A DNA stretch of 64,000 nucleotides from Octopus vulgaris (GCA_951406725.2 OX597820.1:127596001-127660000), one strand, 5' to 3'. Counted from the first letter of the stretch, positions 13,904 through 31,078 are shown. The notes: a model not told the origin generated them from the sequence alone. Translations and numbers: made by a program.

Positions 13904-13962
13904 ACATACACACACACACACAATACACACACACAAAGAAATAGAGTGACAGATTCAGCGAC

Positions 13963-14021
<59 letters not shown>

Positions 14022-14299
14022 CATACATACATACACACACACATTCAGAAAGGTAGGAAGAGAAGAAGATGGTGAGAGAGAAAGTAATATATATTATTTA
14101 AACATAATATATAAATTACGTTTTATATGAAACAGATGCTCACATACGTACATATTTATATATATATCAATCACATATTATATATAATGCTTTTGTGAAC
14201 TATTTGTGCACACATATATAGACATATGTATGTATATATACACACATATTATATACATATATATACATACATATATATATTATATACATATATATATAT

Positions 14300-14383
<84 letters not shown>

Positions 14384-14431
14384 TGTGTGTGTGTGTTTCT
14401 AGTTAGCTATCTATCTATCTATTTATCTATA

Positions 14432-14481
<50 letters not shown>

Positions 14482-14568
14482 TGTTTTTATGAAATAATAA
14501 CGTATGCATTTGTGAAATAGAGGTAAGTAGATAGGTAGGTAGATAGATAGAAAGACAGATAAATAGAT

Positions 14569-14611
<43 letters not shown>

Positions 14612-15145
14612 AAGAGAGGTGGAAAGTGAGAAAAGAAGAGAGGGTATTTGCGTGTATTCTAATTAACAATCCACGAAACAGTCCTTTTGAAATTATAATT
14701 TGAAATGTAAGGTAAACCTTACTAGAGTGTGTTTTTAACAAACACAGTTTTGCCACGCTATGAAAAGTAAAGAACGAGGTTAATAAAGACGAAAAAAAAA
14801 GTTATTAAAATCAAAATCAATCATATCGATCTTTTCATCTGATCACACAAAGAAAATCCTCTGATGTTATCACTGTTTATTTTTAATAGCGATGCTAAAT
14901 TGTGTTTTTACTTAAAACACACACTTGCGAGGTTCACTACACGTCTCAAATACATGCTCAAATATATAGGTGCAGACATACATACATACACACATACATG
15001 CATACACATACATACACACATTTACATGAATATATGTATATGTGTGTTTATATACATATGTGTATATGTGTGTGTAATTGTATATACATACACATACGTT
15101 TGTATATATGCCCATATATATGAACACATACACACGTACACACAC

Positions 15146-15230
<85 letters not shown>

Positions 15231-15375
15231 CATGTGTATATATGATGAATGAGCGAAAACAAGAAAGACAAGTTCCCACAAAGGTGTTAGACTAACGCTA
15301 GTAAAGAAAATGAAAGAGATTTTCTTCCTTGAGGTTTCGGACATGAAGTCCTTCATATATATATACACGTACATA

Positions 15376-15520
15376 TGTGGTTGGCGTTAGCAAGGGCATC
15401 CAGCTGTAGAAACGCTGCCAGATCAGACTGGGCCTGGCGCAGCCTACTGGCTCCCCAGACCCCAGTTGAACCGTCCAACCCATGCTAGCATGGAAAACGG
15501 ACGTTAAACGATGATGATGA

Positions 15521-15522
<2 letters not shown>
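15376..15522 (+). mobile_element. 3' part of a SINE/LINE ending in (GAT)n
   Basis: GC-richer body ending GGACGTTAAACGATGATGATG; family assignment from recollection only. Confidence 0.45.
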
Positions 15523-15572
<50 letters not shown>

Positions 15573-15644
15573 GTGTGTGTGTGTATATATATTTATGCAT
15601 CTATGTGATATATATAGGTCAATTTGAGCCAAGCGGCTTTACTC

Positions 15645-15703
<59 letters not shown>

Positions 15704-15977
15704 CCAAAGTCGCCCAAGGACTATTGTTTCAGATGTTAAACGGTGTGTTATACCTACAAGGTTTGAACGATGAATGTGCTAAAGATGTCTTACCCATGTT
15801 TGAATCAGTGTTTTTGTAATGATGGTGAGGCCAGAGGATCGAAAATTGTATAGGACAAATTGCAATGTTTAATAAAAATTAAGATGGTTTTATTCTTTGG
15901 TAACTTGTCCAACGTCATGGTGAAGAAAGAAGGTTTATATGGATGCAAACTAGTTTGCCTTCCCATTTATAATGTAA

Positions 15978-16036
<59 letters not shown>

Positions 16037-16095
16037 GTAGGGGAGAGTGTTTATATGTATATAGGGAAATTTCCCTAATATTTTGCTGTTATTTA

Positions 16096-16140
<45 letters not shown>

Positions 16141-16460
16141 GGCGCGTAGCTTAATGGCTAGGGCATTCGGCTCACGAATGAGGTCGTGAGTTCAATTCCC
16201 AGCGACGCGTTGTGTCCTTGAACAAGGCACTTTATTTCAAGTTGCACCAGTCCACTCAGCTGGCAAAAATGAGTAGTACCTATATTTCAAAGGGCCGACC
16301 TTGTCACACTTTGTGTCACGCTGAATCTCCCAGAGAACTATGTTAGAGGTACACGTGTCTGTGGATTGCTCAGTCACTTGCTCGTTAATTTCACGAGCAA
16401 GCTGTTCCGTTGATCAGATCAACTGGGACCCTTGTCGTCGTAACCGACGGAGTGCTCCAT
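16141..16460 (+). mobile_element. tRNA-derived SINE (related to family 3)
   Basis: TAGCTTAATGG A-box, GAGTTCAATTCC B-box; GCGTTGTGTCCTTG...CAGCTGGCAAAAATGAGTA shared with 3640-3875. Confidence 0.8.
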
Positions 16461-16472
16461 GTATATGTATAC

Positions 16473-16513
<41 letters not shown>

Positions 16514-16813
16514 TTGATTGAGAAATAGAGAGATTGAGTGAGAGAGAGAATAAAAGGTGATGTATAGGCATGGCTAAATAACACAGGTTGCTCGGCAGCT
16601 GGCCTACTCTGATTAATTTCAAGGATTAAATTATTTTTATAGCAAGCGGGAGGCCAAGAATTTGCTGAGGTACGCTGATTAGCCAACGGAAAGCGTCGAG
16701 TGAACTTGAATAGGTTGCTTCATGTTTTAGCGCAAAAAAGTACGAGAAATGAATTTGGTCAATGAGATGAAATTTAACAATACCAGCTGTGACTGTATGT
16801 GTGAGCGCGTGTT

Positions 16814-16863
<50 letters not shown>

Positions 16864-17398
16864 TGCATATTTTGCTGGGGTAAACGAGAGCATCAGAAAC
16901 TATGGTAAGCCAGTGGCATCAAAATCTAGGTCTAACGCTTATCTTCCAATTTTTCTGTTTCAATTGATGTATTAATATATATATAAACTAAACGTAAGCA
17001 CATATTCTTGAAGAGTACTCTCTGTGAAATATTCCAAAATAAGATACGCTACATATGAGCCAAGGAAGGAGTCTTTATACGTCACATGGAATAGCTAGAA
17101 ACAGTATTCGAATATCCATAGACCTAGACACACTACATTTAAATATAAAAAAAAAACACATAAAAAGTACTAGATGACTTACAAGTCACGGTTGCAATGA
17201 TTTTGATTGTTGGTCTCCCAATTAGGGTTGATTTGACCATTACACGTCCGAAAAAAAAAGAAAAGTAAAGAATAACATTATATATGTTGTTAAAAAGAAG
17301 AAAGTATTCAGAAGTTTGAGAAATTGGCTTTTACCTGTCATAGTCTTCCAGCGCTTTCATCCCTCATGGAAGTTTTCAAAAGTTGTGAATTACTGTTT

Positions 17399-17439
<41 letters not shown>

Positions 17440-17530
17440 AGAATTCACGAAAAAAAGACACAAGACGAAGACAGGTGGTGTAGAAAACAAACAGATGTAT
17501 TAGCATAACGCTCGGGAATTGAAAAAAATA

Positions 17531-17564
17531 TTTTACGTTTCGAGCCTACGCTCTTCTACAGAAA
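17531..17564 (-). ncRNA. Minimal hammerhead-like motif (variant core) in a pLTR-like insert
   Basis: Minus strand UUU CUGUAGA A GAGC-GUAG-GCUC GAAA CG UA AAA; A6 is U. Confidence 0.55.
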
Positions 17565-18035
17565 AGGACACAGAAAGAAACAAGGAGAGAAAAAATGTGT
17601 GTAGTGGCTACCGATCTATCATGGCGACACACACACACACACACATACACACACACACACACACATTTTGCCATTTATATGTATAGAGATGTATGTATGT
17701 ATATATGTATGAGTGTGTGTGTGTCAATGTGTGTATGGTTATGTGTGTGCGTGAATGTTTGAATACAAATGAGTTTTTACTGGGAAGGTTGTGTTTTCAG
17801 CAGTTTGGGTGACATCTTTGTCTGAAAAGGCCAGGTGTTTATTCATTTCAGTATATTTAAAGATTCGTCAGCAATTTGTTGAAGAATAAAACAAACAACA
17901 AATGATTTATGAAAGTCCTACACACAGTAATAAATAATTCTTGAAAAATTCGATGAAGAAAGAAAGAAAACACTCAAAGAATCTGAGAAATAATAAATAA
18001 TATATCTCTAACTTCTGACTATTCTCTTCTTTTAT

Positions 18036-19450
18036 TTATACATACATACATACAGGCATACATACATACATACATACATACATACAGGCATACATACATA
18101 CATACATGCATACATACATACATACATACATACATACATACATACATACATACATACATACAGACAGACATACATGAATACATACATACATACATACAGA
18201 CAGACAGACATACATACATACATACATGCATACATACATACATACATACATACATACATACATACATACAGACAGACATACATACATACATACATACATA
18301 CATACATACATGAATACATACATACATACATATATACATACATACATACATGCATGCATACATACATACATACATACATACATACATACATACAGACATA
18401 CATACATACATACATACATACATACAGGCATACATACATACATACATACATACATACATACAGGCATACATACATACATACATACATACATACATACATA
18501 CATACATACATACATACATACATACATACATACATACATACATACATACATACAGACAGACAGACAGACATACATACATACATACATACATACATACATG
18601 AATACATACATACATACATATATACATACATACATACATGCATGCATACATATATACATACATACATACATACATACATACATACATACATAAATACAGA
18701 CAGACAGACATACATACATACATACATACATGAATACATACATACATACATATATACATACATACATACATGCATACATACATGCATGCATACATACAGA
18801 CATACATACATACATAAATACAGGCATACATACATAAATACATACATACATACATACATACATACATGCATACATACATGCGTGCATACACACACTTGCT
18901 TACATACAGACATACATACATGCATACATACATACATACATACATACATACATACATACATACATGAATACATACATACATACATACATACATACATACA
19001 TACATACGTACATACATACATGAATACATACATACATACATATATACATACATACATACATGCATGCATACATATATACATACATACATACATACATACA
19101 TACATACAAACATACAGACAGACATACATACATACATACATACATACATACATACATACATACATACATACATACATACATACATGAATACATACATACA
19201 TACATATATACATACATACATACATGCATGCATACATATATACATACATACATACATACATACATACATACATGAATACATGAATACATACATACATACA
19301 TACATACATACATACAGAAATACAGAAATACATACATGCGTGCATACACACACTTGCTTGCATACAGACATACATACATACATACATACATACATACATA
19401 CATACATACATACATACATACGTACGTACGTACGTACATACATACATACA
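18036..19450. repeat. 1.4-kb (CATA)n microsatellite with higher-order variant structure
   Basis: Read directly; source of the 480-aa MYVC ORFs. Confidence 0.95.
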
Positions 19451-19722
19451 CAGAAATACAATCTGTAAGCGGAACAGTAAGACTATGCAAGACCTTTCTC
19501 AGGTTTAAAATGGAAGATTGTTTTCATTATCTACCTTCCAAAGACGGAGATTTGTATCTTTGTTAGAAGCCATCTTCTTCCGAGGAGGAATTTAAATAAA
19601 TTAAAAACAGAAGAGAAGCGTCCATCCTCCATCCATCCATCCATCCATCCATCCATCCATCCATCCATCCATCCATCCATCCATCCATACATACATGTTT
19701 TATATATACATATATATATATG

Positions 19723-19772
<50 letters not shown>

Positions 19773-19967
19773 ATTGTATTGTATTGTATTACTCATTCAT
19801 GTACGCTGTTTTGTTATATATTTTTATGTTTAACCTTAATGTTCTTATGTGGTGGTTTAATAAAGTATGTGATTGGGTATTATCTGGTAGTTGATAAATG
19901 ATTTAGATGTATTTCTCCATTTTTTTATTTTGTATATATATATATATATATATATGTATATACATAT

Positions 19968-20057
<90 letters not shown>

Positions 20058-21254
20058 TATATACACGCACGGACAGACACACACACATACAAACACTCAC
20101 ACACACACACATGTCTATGTCTGCTCGTGACTATACACATATAGAGTGAGCAGACATAGACATCCTCTCGACTCTCCCACTCAGTGGAACATCAAGGGTA
20201 GATAACTAGAGGGAGGTGCAGAAGGAGTCGGTACACTAGTACTCGGCTGGTGCTCATTTTCACCTTAAGCGCACAACGTACCTCCCAGGAATTGAATTGA
20301 CAACATTAGGATGGTGAAGCGCACACCCAAAACAACCAGGCTACGAGTCTTCACCATGTCTATAATCAATTATCTATATTTTGTACTTAACCCTTAGCCT
20401 GTCCTGTGTATCCCATGTTATGCACATGCTTTATATACGATACACATGCCCAATTTTTTCAAACATCAGAGTAACTTGGGGCTTATGAAAGAAAAGCTTT
20501 ATAATACTCAGAACATATGAAACAAAGGCTAGCCAAAAGTTTGTAAACAAGCTTGGGCGTTTAGAGGACAAACTTATGAAAATACTTTGGACAGACAAAG
20601 GGTTAACTCAATAAAAATATACTCGTTCTTTTAATATCTAAAAATTTTCTTGTGTGTGCATGTGTGTTGTGTGTGTGTGTGTGTGCTCTGTGTGAGTGGA
20701 GGAATCAATCATAATTTCACAATCTTCGATTGCACCACCTTTCCTCGATCCGTTGCTGCGAATAATTTATAGATTTAAAATTTTAGAATATAATGATAAA
20801 AAGTATTATTAATCTACAAATTTTCAATATCTAATATCGGGAAATATTAAACCGGGGACAGGGTGGGTAGGTATTGGCAATCAGACTGCACATTTTTTCC
20901 CAGGAGGTGGTTAAATCACCCGTGGCCCCTTCTTGTCTACAACTATGGTTTTATTCCTTAGATCTAATTTTATTTGAGATTGCGTTGATTGCTAATCAAT
21001 GAGACATGGATATTTGTGGAGCCACACATGCATAAAGAAGGCATATATATTTAAGTGAAGCAATTATCGACTGTTTGTAGTGTTGAAGTGTTTTAACACG
21101 AATACTTACAAAGTAAAGGAAATGAATATATAACGAAACAACCACGATGAATGTGGTCGAAGAAGTGAAGGTTTGGTCCTAACGAGCAGTATTTGGATTC
21201 GATCTTCTCGGTTATGAGTTCAAATCTAACTGTACATACGACTAAATAATAGTT

Positions 21255-22101
21255 CCCCTTTTTAGGCAAAGATCAGTAATTTTAACGGCAGGGAGCTTAA
21301 TCGATTATGTCGATCCTAGTACTTTAATTTGTCGATCATGAAACGACGAAAAATGAAGTTAACCTCGGAGGAATTGAACTAAGAGTCGGAACAAATACCG
21401 CTATTATAAACTTTTTTTCCGACGTTCTAACGACTCTGCCAGTTCACCGGCCAAGATAGTTATCTGAGTGTTTCCACCATTTTTTATGACTGCGGAACTT
21501 TCTTGATATTAGGCCAGTCAAAGGCGGAGAGCTGGCAAAATCGTTAGAAAGTCGGGCAAAATGCTGAGCAGGATTTCGTCAGTATTTGTGTTCTGAACTC
21601 AAATTCCACCGAGGTCGACTTTGCTTTTCATCCTTTCGGGGTCCATAAAATAAGTACTAGTATAGCACTGGGGATGATGTCATCGACTTAACTCTTCCTC
21701 CGAACTTCTGACATTGTACCAAAATTTGACTTGATAGCAGGTTACTCAAAGGCAGCGAGCGGGCAGAATCGTTAGCATAGAGGACAAAATGCTTAGCGTT
21801 TCGTCCGTCTTTACAACCTGAGTGCGAATGTCACCAAGGTCGACCTTGCTTTTCGTCTTTTTGGGTTCGATAAAATAAGCATCAGTCATGTATTGAGTTC
21901 GATGTAATCGAGTAACCCTCTCCCGCCAATTAATTCGATACCATCAACGCCAGTACTTGACTGGTACTTTATTTTATCGAGTCCGGATGGATGAAAAGTA
22001 ATGTTAACCGCGGCGGGAATTGAAATTAGAATGTAAAGACCCCGAACAGATACCGCACAAATTAATTTCGACACTCTAACAACCCCCAGCCAATCCACCA
22101 C
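21255..22101. mobile_element. Cluster of four diverged SINE family 1 copies (-,+,+,-)
   Basis: Cores at ~21340 (-), 21625 (+), 21850 (+) and 21985 (-). Confidence 0.7.
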
Positions 22102-22363
22102 CCTAACCAGCTGATAATCTAATGCAACGCATATTGCACTTACCCCACGTGTTCACCCAGCAATCAAAGAACACAGTACCTATCGTTACATACTCGATAC
22201 CCATCCACACATCCTCACAACATGAGTTAAGAAAATCTCTGTACGTTTTAAATAATACTAGCGTCAATGGCATCGGCTAATTTCTTCCCCTCAAAATTGC
22301 TGTCCATTTATACATAGGTTCAGAGCTATTTACTTTTTCTTTCTTTTTCATTTCTACAGAAAT

Positions 22364-23060
22364 TTGTCACACAAAAAAATATTCATGTTTTTAAAAATGG
22401 ACTCCAGCAGAGGTTATATAAAATTTCCATGTTTCCCATGCATGTGTAACATTTTGACTGACACACTCATATCATTCCAAATAAATGCCCTGCTAGAACT
22501 GACGTTTCGTGAGTATTTAAAAAATGCTATCACAATTCCATTTGTAGAGCCACGCAAAGTTCTTTTACCGTTATCATCATACATAACGTTGGGATGTATT
22601 GATTCTTTTTCGTTGTTGTTGCAAAAGCTTTTAATAAAAGTAGAGTAGCATTGAAATGCATTTGCCACAAGTTTCCAGCTGGCATTGTTGTTGATTTGCA
22701 AACAGAAGAAAATTGGCAATTTTGAGAACAGCATGTCTGAAAGTGAGTTAGAAGCCTGGCAAACATTTGAATTTGCTGTTGTAAAGTTTCTTGAAAGCGC
22801 AAAAGCTCTAGATTAGATACATTTAATTGAAAATATGATTGATAGCTTTCAACATCTTAGATATAGGATGAGTATATGGAAATGCAGTTTCTACATTATC
22901 GTCTTGACTACTTTCAAGAAACCTAGTAAGTACAGCGAAAAGTAAGGTGGTGTACCAAGACATTAAGTTAATGGAAGATATCAAAGCCAGTATAATTATA
23001 CTAAAATGGTGGATGATCATGCTGGTGGATGAAACAAGGTGAAATTCATATAAAACAGGC
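22364..23060 (+). pseudogene. CMC/Chapaev3-like transposase remnant
   Basis: GYIKFPCFPC, PFVEPRKVLLP, YQDIKLME and KMVDDHAG in mixed frames match the GYTKFPCFLC / PLV..KVLLPPLH / HQDI..ME / MMADYCW motif order as I remember it. Confidence 0.6.
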
Positions 23061-23317
23061 ATGAATAAGAAAAAGACAATTATCAGAAAAATAATTTCGT
23101 TTATTTATGTTTAAATAAATATTTGTCGCAAGCATTTATTAAATAAAAAATTGTTATGAGAAAGAAAAGGATAAACGACAAAAATGTCAAATAGGCGCTC
23201 AAATTTCAATACCAGATTTCATGCGTTGTCGTCGGCTCGGAAATCTAACACATGCGTACACATGCATTTACGTGCATGTGTTGAAAGAGGGTGCTTGCTT
23301 ATTCAACCCCATGTGTC

Positions 23318-23362
<45 letters not shown>

Positions 23363-24121
23363 CTACGTACATATCTATTTACGAGTGTAAGCAAGGGCGA
23401 ATATGTGTGTGTGCGTTCGTGTACGTTAGACGTATGTGCGTCCGCGAGTTGACGTATGTTTGCGCTCGCATGTTCGATAGTGTGAAGATGTACAGTTGTG
23501 TTTGGAAGTATGCATATGCATATGTGTGTGTTAGTGTATGTGTTTGGATGTTCAACTCACAAACATATTATTTTCTCCACCATTTCCTCCTTTCCTTTTC
23601 GTCTCAATTTTATTCTTCTCCGTTTTCTCCTTCCTCTCTGCTTGCCTTCAGACTCTTGTTGTATTATCCGGCACAATAATGACATATGCATCTTTGTTCG
23701 GCAATTTTCAATTAGCAAGCATTTTGTGGCTGTTTATCGCATTAATTTTCGGCATTAGTTTCTCACGCTACTTCCGCCATCAGAATTTCAAGGCTGTCTC
23801 TCCATCCAGTTCAACTTGCCTGAAGAAGCAGCTACACTGTATCGGCATGAATAAACTCCTTCACACTATATTAGTTCATTACAGAAGCAAAAATATTCTT
23901 GTGGAAGCAGGCTTTAGATGAGATTCAAACATTTGTTAATACGCCGTATATTTGCGTTTCCAAAGCTTAATGGAGATTAAGAGTCTTCTCCGCAAAAGCG
24001 ATATCCTCCAGTGAAAGCTTACTGTACATCCAGATCACAAGTTCTTTTTTTAGCCAAACCAAACAACTGTATCAACCGATGACTAAGTTGACTGCATTAC
24101 AGCTTATTATTATTGCTTTAC

Positions 24122-24520
24122 AGGCGCAGGAGTGGCTGTGTGGTAAGAAGCTTGCTTACCAACCACATGGTTCCGGGTTCAGTCCCACTGCGTGGCACTT
24201 TGGGCAATTGTCTTCTACTATAGCCTCGGGCCGACCAAAGCCTTGTGAGTGGATTTGGTAGACGGAAACTGAAAGAAGCCCGTCGTATATATGTATATGT
24301 ATATGTGTGTGTGTTTGTGTGTCTGTGTTTATTCTCTCAACATCGCTTGACAACCGATGCTGGTGTGTTTACGTCTCCGTAACTTAGCGGTTCGGCAAAA
24401 GAGACCGATAGAATAAGTACTAGGCTTCCAAAGAATAAGTCCTGGGGTCGATTTGCTCAACTAAAGGCGGTACTCCAGGGTGGCCGCAGTCAAATGACTG
24501 AAACAAGTAAAAGAGTAACA
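24122..24520 (+). mobile_element. SINE family 2, full length
   Basis: AGGCGCAGGAGTGGCTGTGTGGTAAG head, GGGTTCAGTCCC B-box, same tail as 11328-11750. Confidence 0.85.
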
Positions 24521-25261
24521 GAGGCGAATAATTTCCTTTTCTTGGACATCTTTCAGTATTACAGATGGTGTAATAATAAGTTTGTGAAAAGATTTAAAGC
24601 TGTTTAAATAGAATTAGTCTGAAGTGACATGATTGTCACGATTCACGTAATAACCTGAATATTCACAAAGACGAGTTTAGATTTCGGAGAATATTGTTAT
24701 AGAAAAAAGGCTGGACCGATGAGCCTGGTCGATTGAAGAATTATTGTATATGAATTGTTTTACCCACATAAGAGGCTTGCAAAAGAATGGAACGACAGGA
24801 AAGTGATGACGAAGTTTGAAGATTAATTCTGAAGATTAATGAAATAAAATGATAATGGAAAAAGCAACAAACACCTTTCATAAAGACACTTCTTCAAGTG
24901 TTTGCGGCAATTTTTATACACACATCCATCCATCCATACGCACGTACGAACGTACGTATGTATGTATGTATGTATGTATGTATGTATGTATGTATGTATG
25001 TATGTATGTATGTATGTATGTATGTATGTATGTATAATGCATGGTATGTATGTATGTATATATATATGTGTGTGTATAGATGTGTTTATATATATATGTA
25101 TATATATATGTATATGGATGTATGTATATGGATGTATTTATATATATATATAAATAATTAATAATAAAAAACGGAGAAAAAGACTGCAAGAAAAAACAAC
25201 AATGCGAGGACGTGGTACATGAAAAGTATTAATAAGGCGTTCAGGGAACGAAAGAAAGGGT

Positions 25262-25296
25262 GTTTTATGTTTCGAGCAAAGCTCTTCTTCAGAAAC
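25262..25296 (-). ncRNA. Minimal type I hammerhead ribozyme motif
   Basis: Minus strand GUUU CUGAAGA A GAGC-UUU-GCUC GAAA CA UA AAAC: canonical core, 4-bp stems I and II. Confidence 0.7.
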
Positions 25297-25690
25297 AAGA
25301 GACCGAGGAAAGTCCAAAAGAAAAGAAAGACGGAGTAAAAAATCCAAACATACATACATACATACATACATACATAAATATGTATGTATATGTTTGTATA
25401 GTAGAAATATGATACGAAAAGAAAATGTAAAATACACGTGGAAATGTAAGGGTAAAATATGAAAAATCAACGAAAATGCACCTTGCAAATAGAAAAAGGC
25501 TATTTATGACAGTTAACGACAAATATATACATTTAGATTGACTGAGGTAGTAATATGAGTCATAAAAGTCATTATTATGAGATGATTATAAGATGATAAT
25601 AAAGTAATAAGTATATATAATATCTATAAATATATGTATATGTATATATATGTGTATGTATGTATATGTGTATATACACACATAAATGCT

Positions 25691-25748
<58 letters not shown>

Positions 25749-25752
<4 letters not shown>

Positions 25753-26276
25753 GTTATCGCCATACTAATATGGCATTCTTATAAAAATAAGAATAAAGCT
25801 GTCCGCTTATTAGCTCCATGAGGCCATCGCCTTAAGTTAGCTATTTGATACACAAACTGTATCCATATAACCTTCGAACAAGGGAGGTCAGTCGCTCCAC
25901 ACTACTTGACCGGCAGCTACAGACGCGTTTCGGGGTATTGCCCCTTTTCAATGCAGCGTAGTAATTTTAATATTTCTATTATTGAAAACAAGTGGATGTA
26001 TTCCACCGAAGCTAGGTAAATAAAACCTTCGAACAGAGATTGTCAGAAGCGACACCTACTGGTCTGGCTACGCTGCATTGAAAAGGGGCAATACCCCGAA
26101 ACGCGTCTGTAGCTGCCGGTCAAGTAGTGTGGAGCGACTGACCTCCCTTGTTCGAAGGTTATATGGATACAGTTTGTGTATCAAATAGCTAACTTAAGGC
26201 GATGGCCTCATGGAGCTAATAAGCGGACAGCTTTATTCTTATTTTTATAAGAATGCCATATTAGTATGGCGATAAC

Positions 26277-26280
<4 letters not shown>
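25749..26280. mobile_element. Perfect 213-bp inverted repeat (25749-25961 / 26068-26280), Penelope-like inverted pseudo-LTR pair in (TA)n
   Basis: Arms read as exact reverse complements with a 106-bp spacer; each arm contains a hammerhead. Confidence 0.85.
26072..26113 (+). ncRNA. Hammerhead ribozyme, U3-A8 core variant (mirror copy at 25916-25957, minus)
   Basis: GCUGCA UUGAAAA GGGG-CAAUA-CCCC GAAA CGCG UC UGUAGC; 6-bp stem I, palindromic stem III, predicted cut after 26107. Confidence 0.8.
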
Positions 26281-26339
<59 letters not shown>

Positions 26340-26559
26340 CATACATACATATATATACATATACGTATGTATGTATGTATGTCAGTATATGTATATATCA
26401 GATCATACAAGCTTACGATTTTCTGGAACCGTTACTTCGGTGTTTTAAAATAAGTCAAAATGTAATATAGTATAAGAGTTAACTGATAGGATTCGTAAGA
26501 TAAGGAGGTACTTTAGGAAAAGGCAAAACAAATGGCACAGAGAAAAATGTCTGATAGTG

Positions 26560-27020
26560 AGAAAGGTATGAATTTCTTATGTCCTAATCTTTGCGTAGTT
26601 CAACCTCGCAAACCGAATCTTATAAGAAGAGAGTTGGAATACGATACGGAAAAGCTGAAACAGATAATGGACTTTTCTGCCATGAATACAAAGCAGCAAG
26701 TTGTTCATAAATGTATTGTCACATCAGTTAGGATTATATCTATAACTAATTAGCCTTGTTGTTCTGCGAGGAAGCGGCAAAAGCTTCTTATTGCCAATAA
26801 TATTTGCCAGAATTTGATATGTGAACAAAATTGGTCTTGCGACAGCAATATCAGGGATTGCAGCACCACGTCTCTTTAATGAACGAATTGTACGTTCTCG
26901 ACTCAAAGTACCTTAAATGCCAATGCATCTCCAACAAGTACAGCAACACAGCTAATCAGTTGGATAAGCTCTTTGAAAAGCAGCTTGGCATCTTTTAATA
27001 TGAAATTCTGATGAGAAACA
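26560..27020 (+). pseudogene. Helitron Pif1-like helicase remnant
   Basis: NLIRRELEYD, GSGKSFLL (Walker A) and KIGLATAISGIAA..L..RIVRSRLKVP. Confidence 0.75.
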
Positions 27021-27474
27021 TTTGACAAGACAAAGAACATTTACAGACATTTACAACATATATTTACTCCATATCCATCGATCCATCGATCCATCGATCG
27101 ATCGATCCATCCATCCATCCATTCATACATGCATGCATACATACACACACACATACATACATACATATATACATACATACATACATAAATACATACATAC
27201 ATGCATACATACATACATACATACATACATACATACATACATACATACATACATACATACATACATACACGCACATTTATGTATGTATGTATGCATATAT
27301 GTATTGTGCGTGTATGTATGTTTGTGTAAAGGTATAGTTGACACCAGTGTTGTCGACTTAAAATCAGAATTTTACGCAAAATTCAGTCGAAAAAATACCA
27401 AAAAAAAAATGCTAAAAGTTAATTATGTCAAAAAGCTTAATTTTTATTCATGTTTTTATTTACTTTAATTATAT

Positions 27475-29873
<2,399 letters not shown>

Positions 29874-30498
29874 TATAATGTGGTGGGAAGCAAGAAAATA
29901 AATTGAATGATTGATAAAAATATAAAATTGAAAACTCAACTCATCAGTTTGCCACTAACAATCCTTTCATTTGCCGTTAATGATTCTTATGTTTGCTGCT
30001 TACAAATTCTTGAGATGAACAATACTGATTCAGGATGCAGGGTGGCCAACTTACAAATGGAAAAGTAAAATCTGCAGAAATCCTAAAACTGTGTTCTGAT
30101 ATAAACCTGGGAACATTATATTTCGCTTCCAATCTTACATTTAATACCTACTGGTAAAACCACAAATATAACTACAATACTTGAAAAAAAAAGTAGAAAT
30201 ATAAAAAAGTAGAAATATAAGGGGCCACACCTGTACTTCTATACAATATATATAATCCAAAACAAGCATGAAAAAACACAGGCCTATTTTAAAACAGTCA
30301 AACTGAAAGAAAATCAGTTAATCTGTCATGATAAAAACACTACAGAATAAAGCATTGTTAGGACGAATTTCCAGGCTTTCATTCTTTGCAGCATATTTAC
30401 ATTATTGTGTTGTGAGTTCAGGTGCTCACATGAGTTATTTTCTCCTCCCTCCACCAGCAACACTCTGTATCCAAGCGGGGGTAAGGGGGCTGGAAAAG

Positions 30499-31078
<580 letters not shown>

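Noticed and set aside
18019-19490. 480- and 471-aa ORFs (MYVC/HTYI repeats)
   Set aside because: Translation of (CATA)n; open frames are expected because the repeat has no stop codon.
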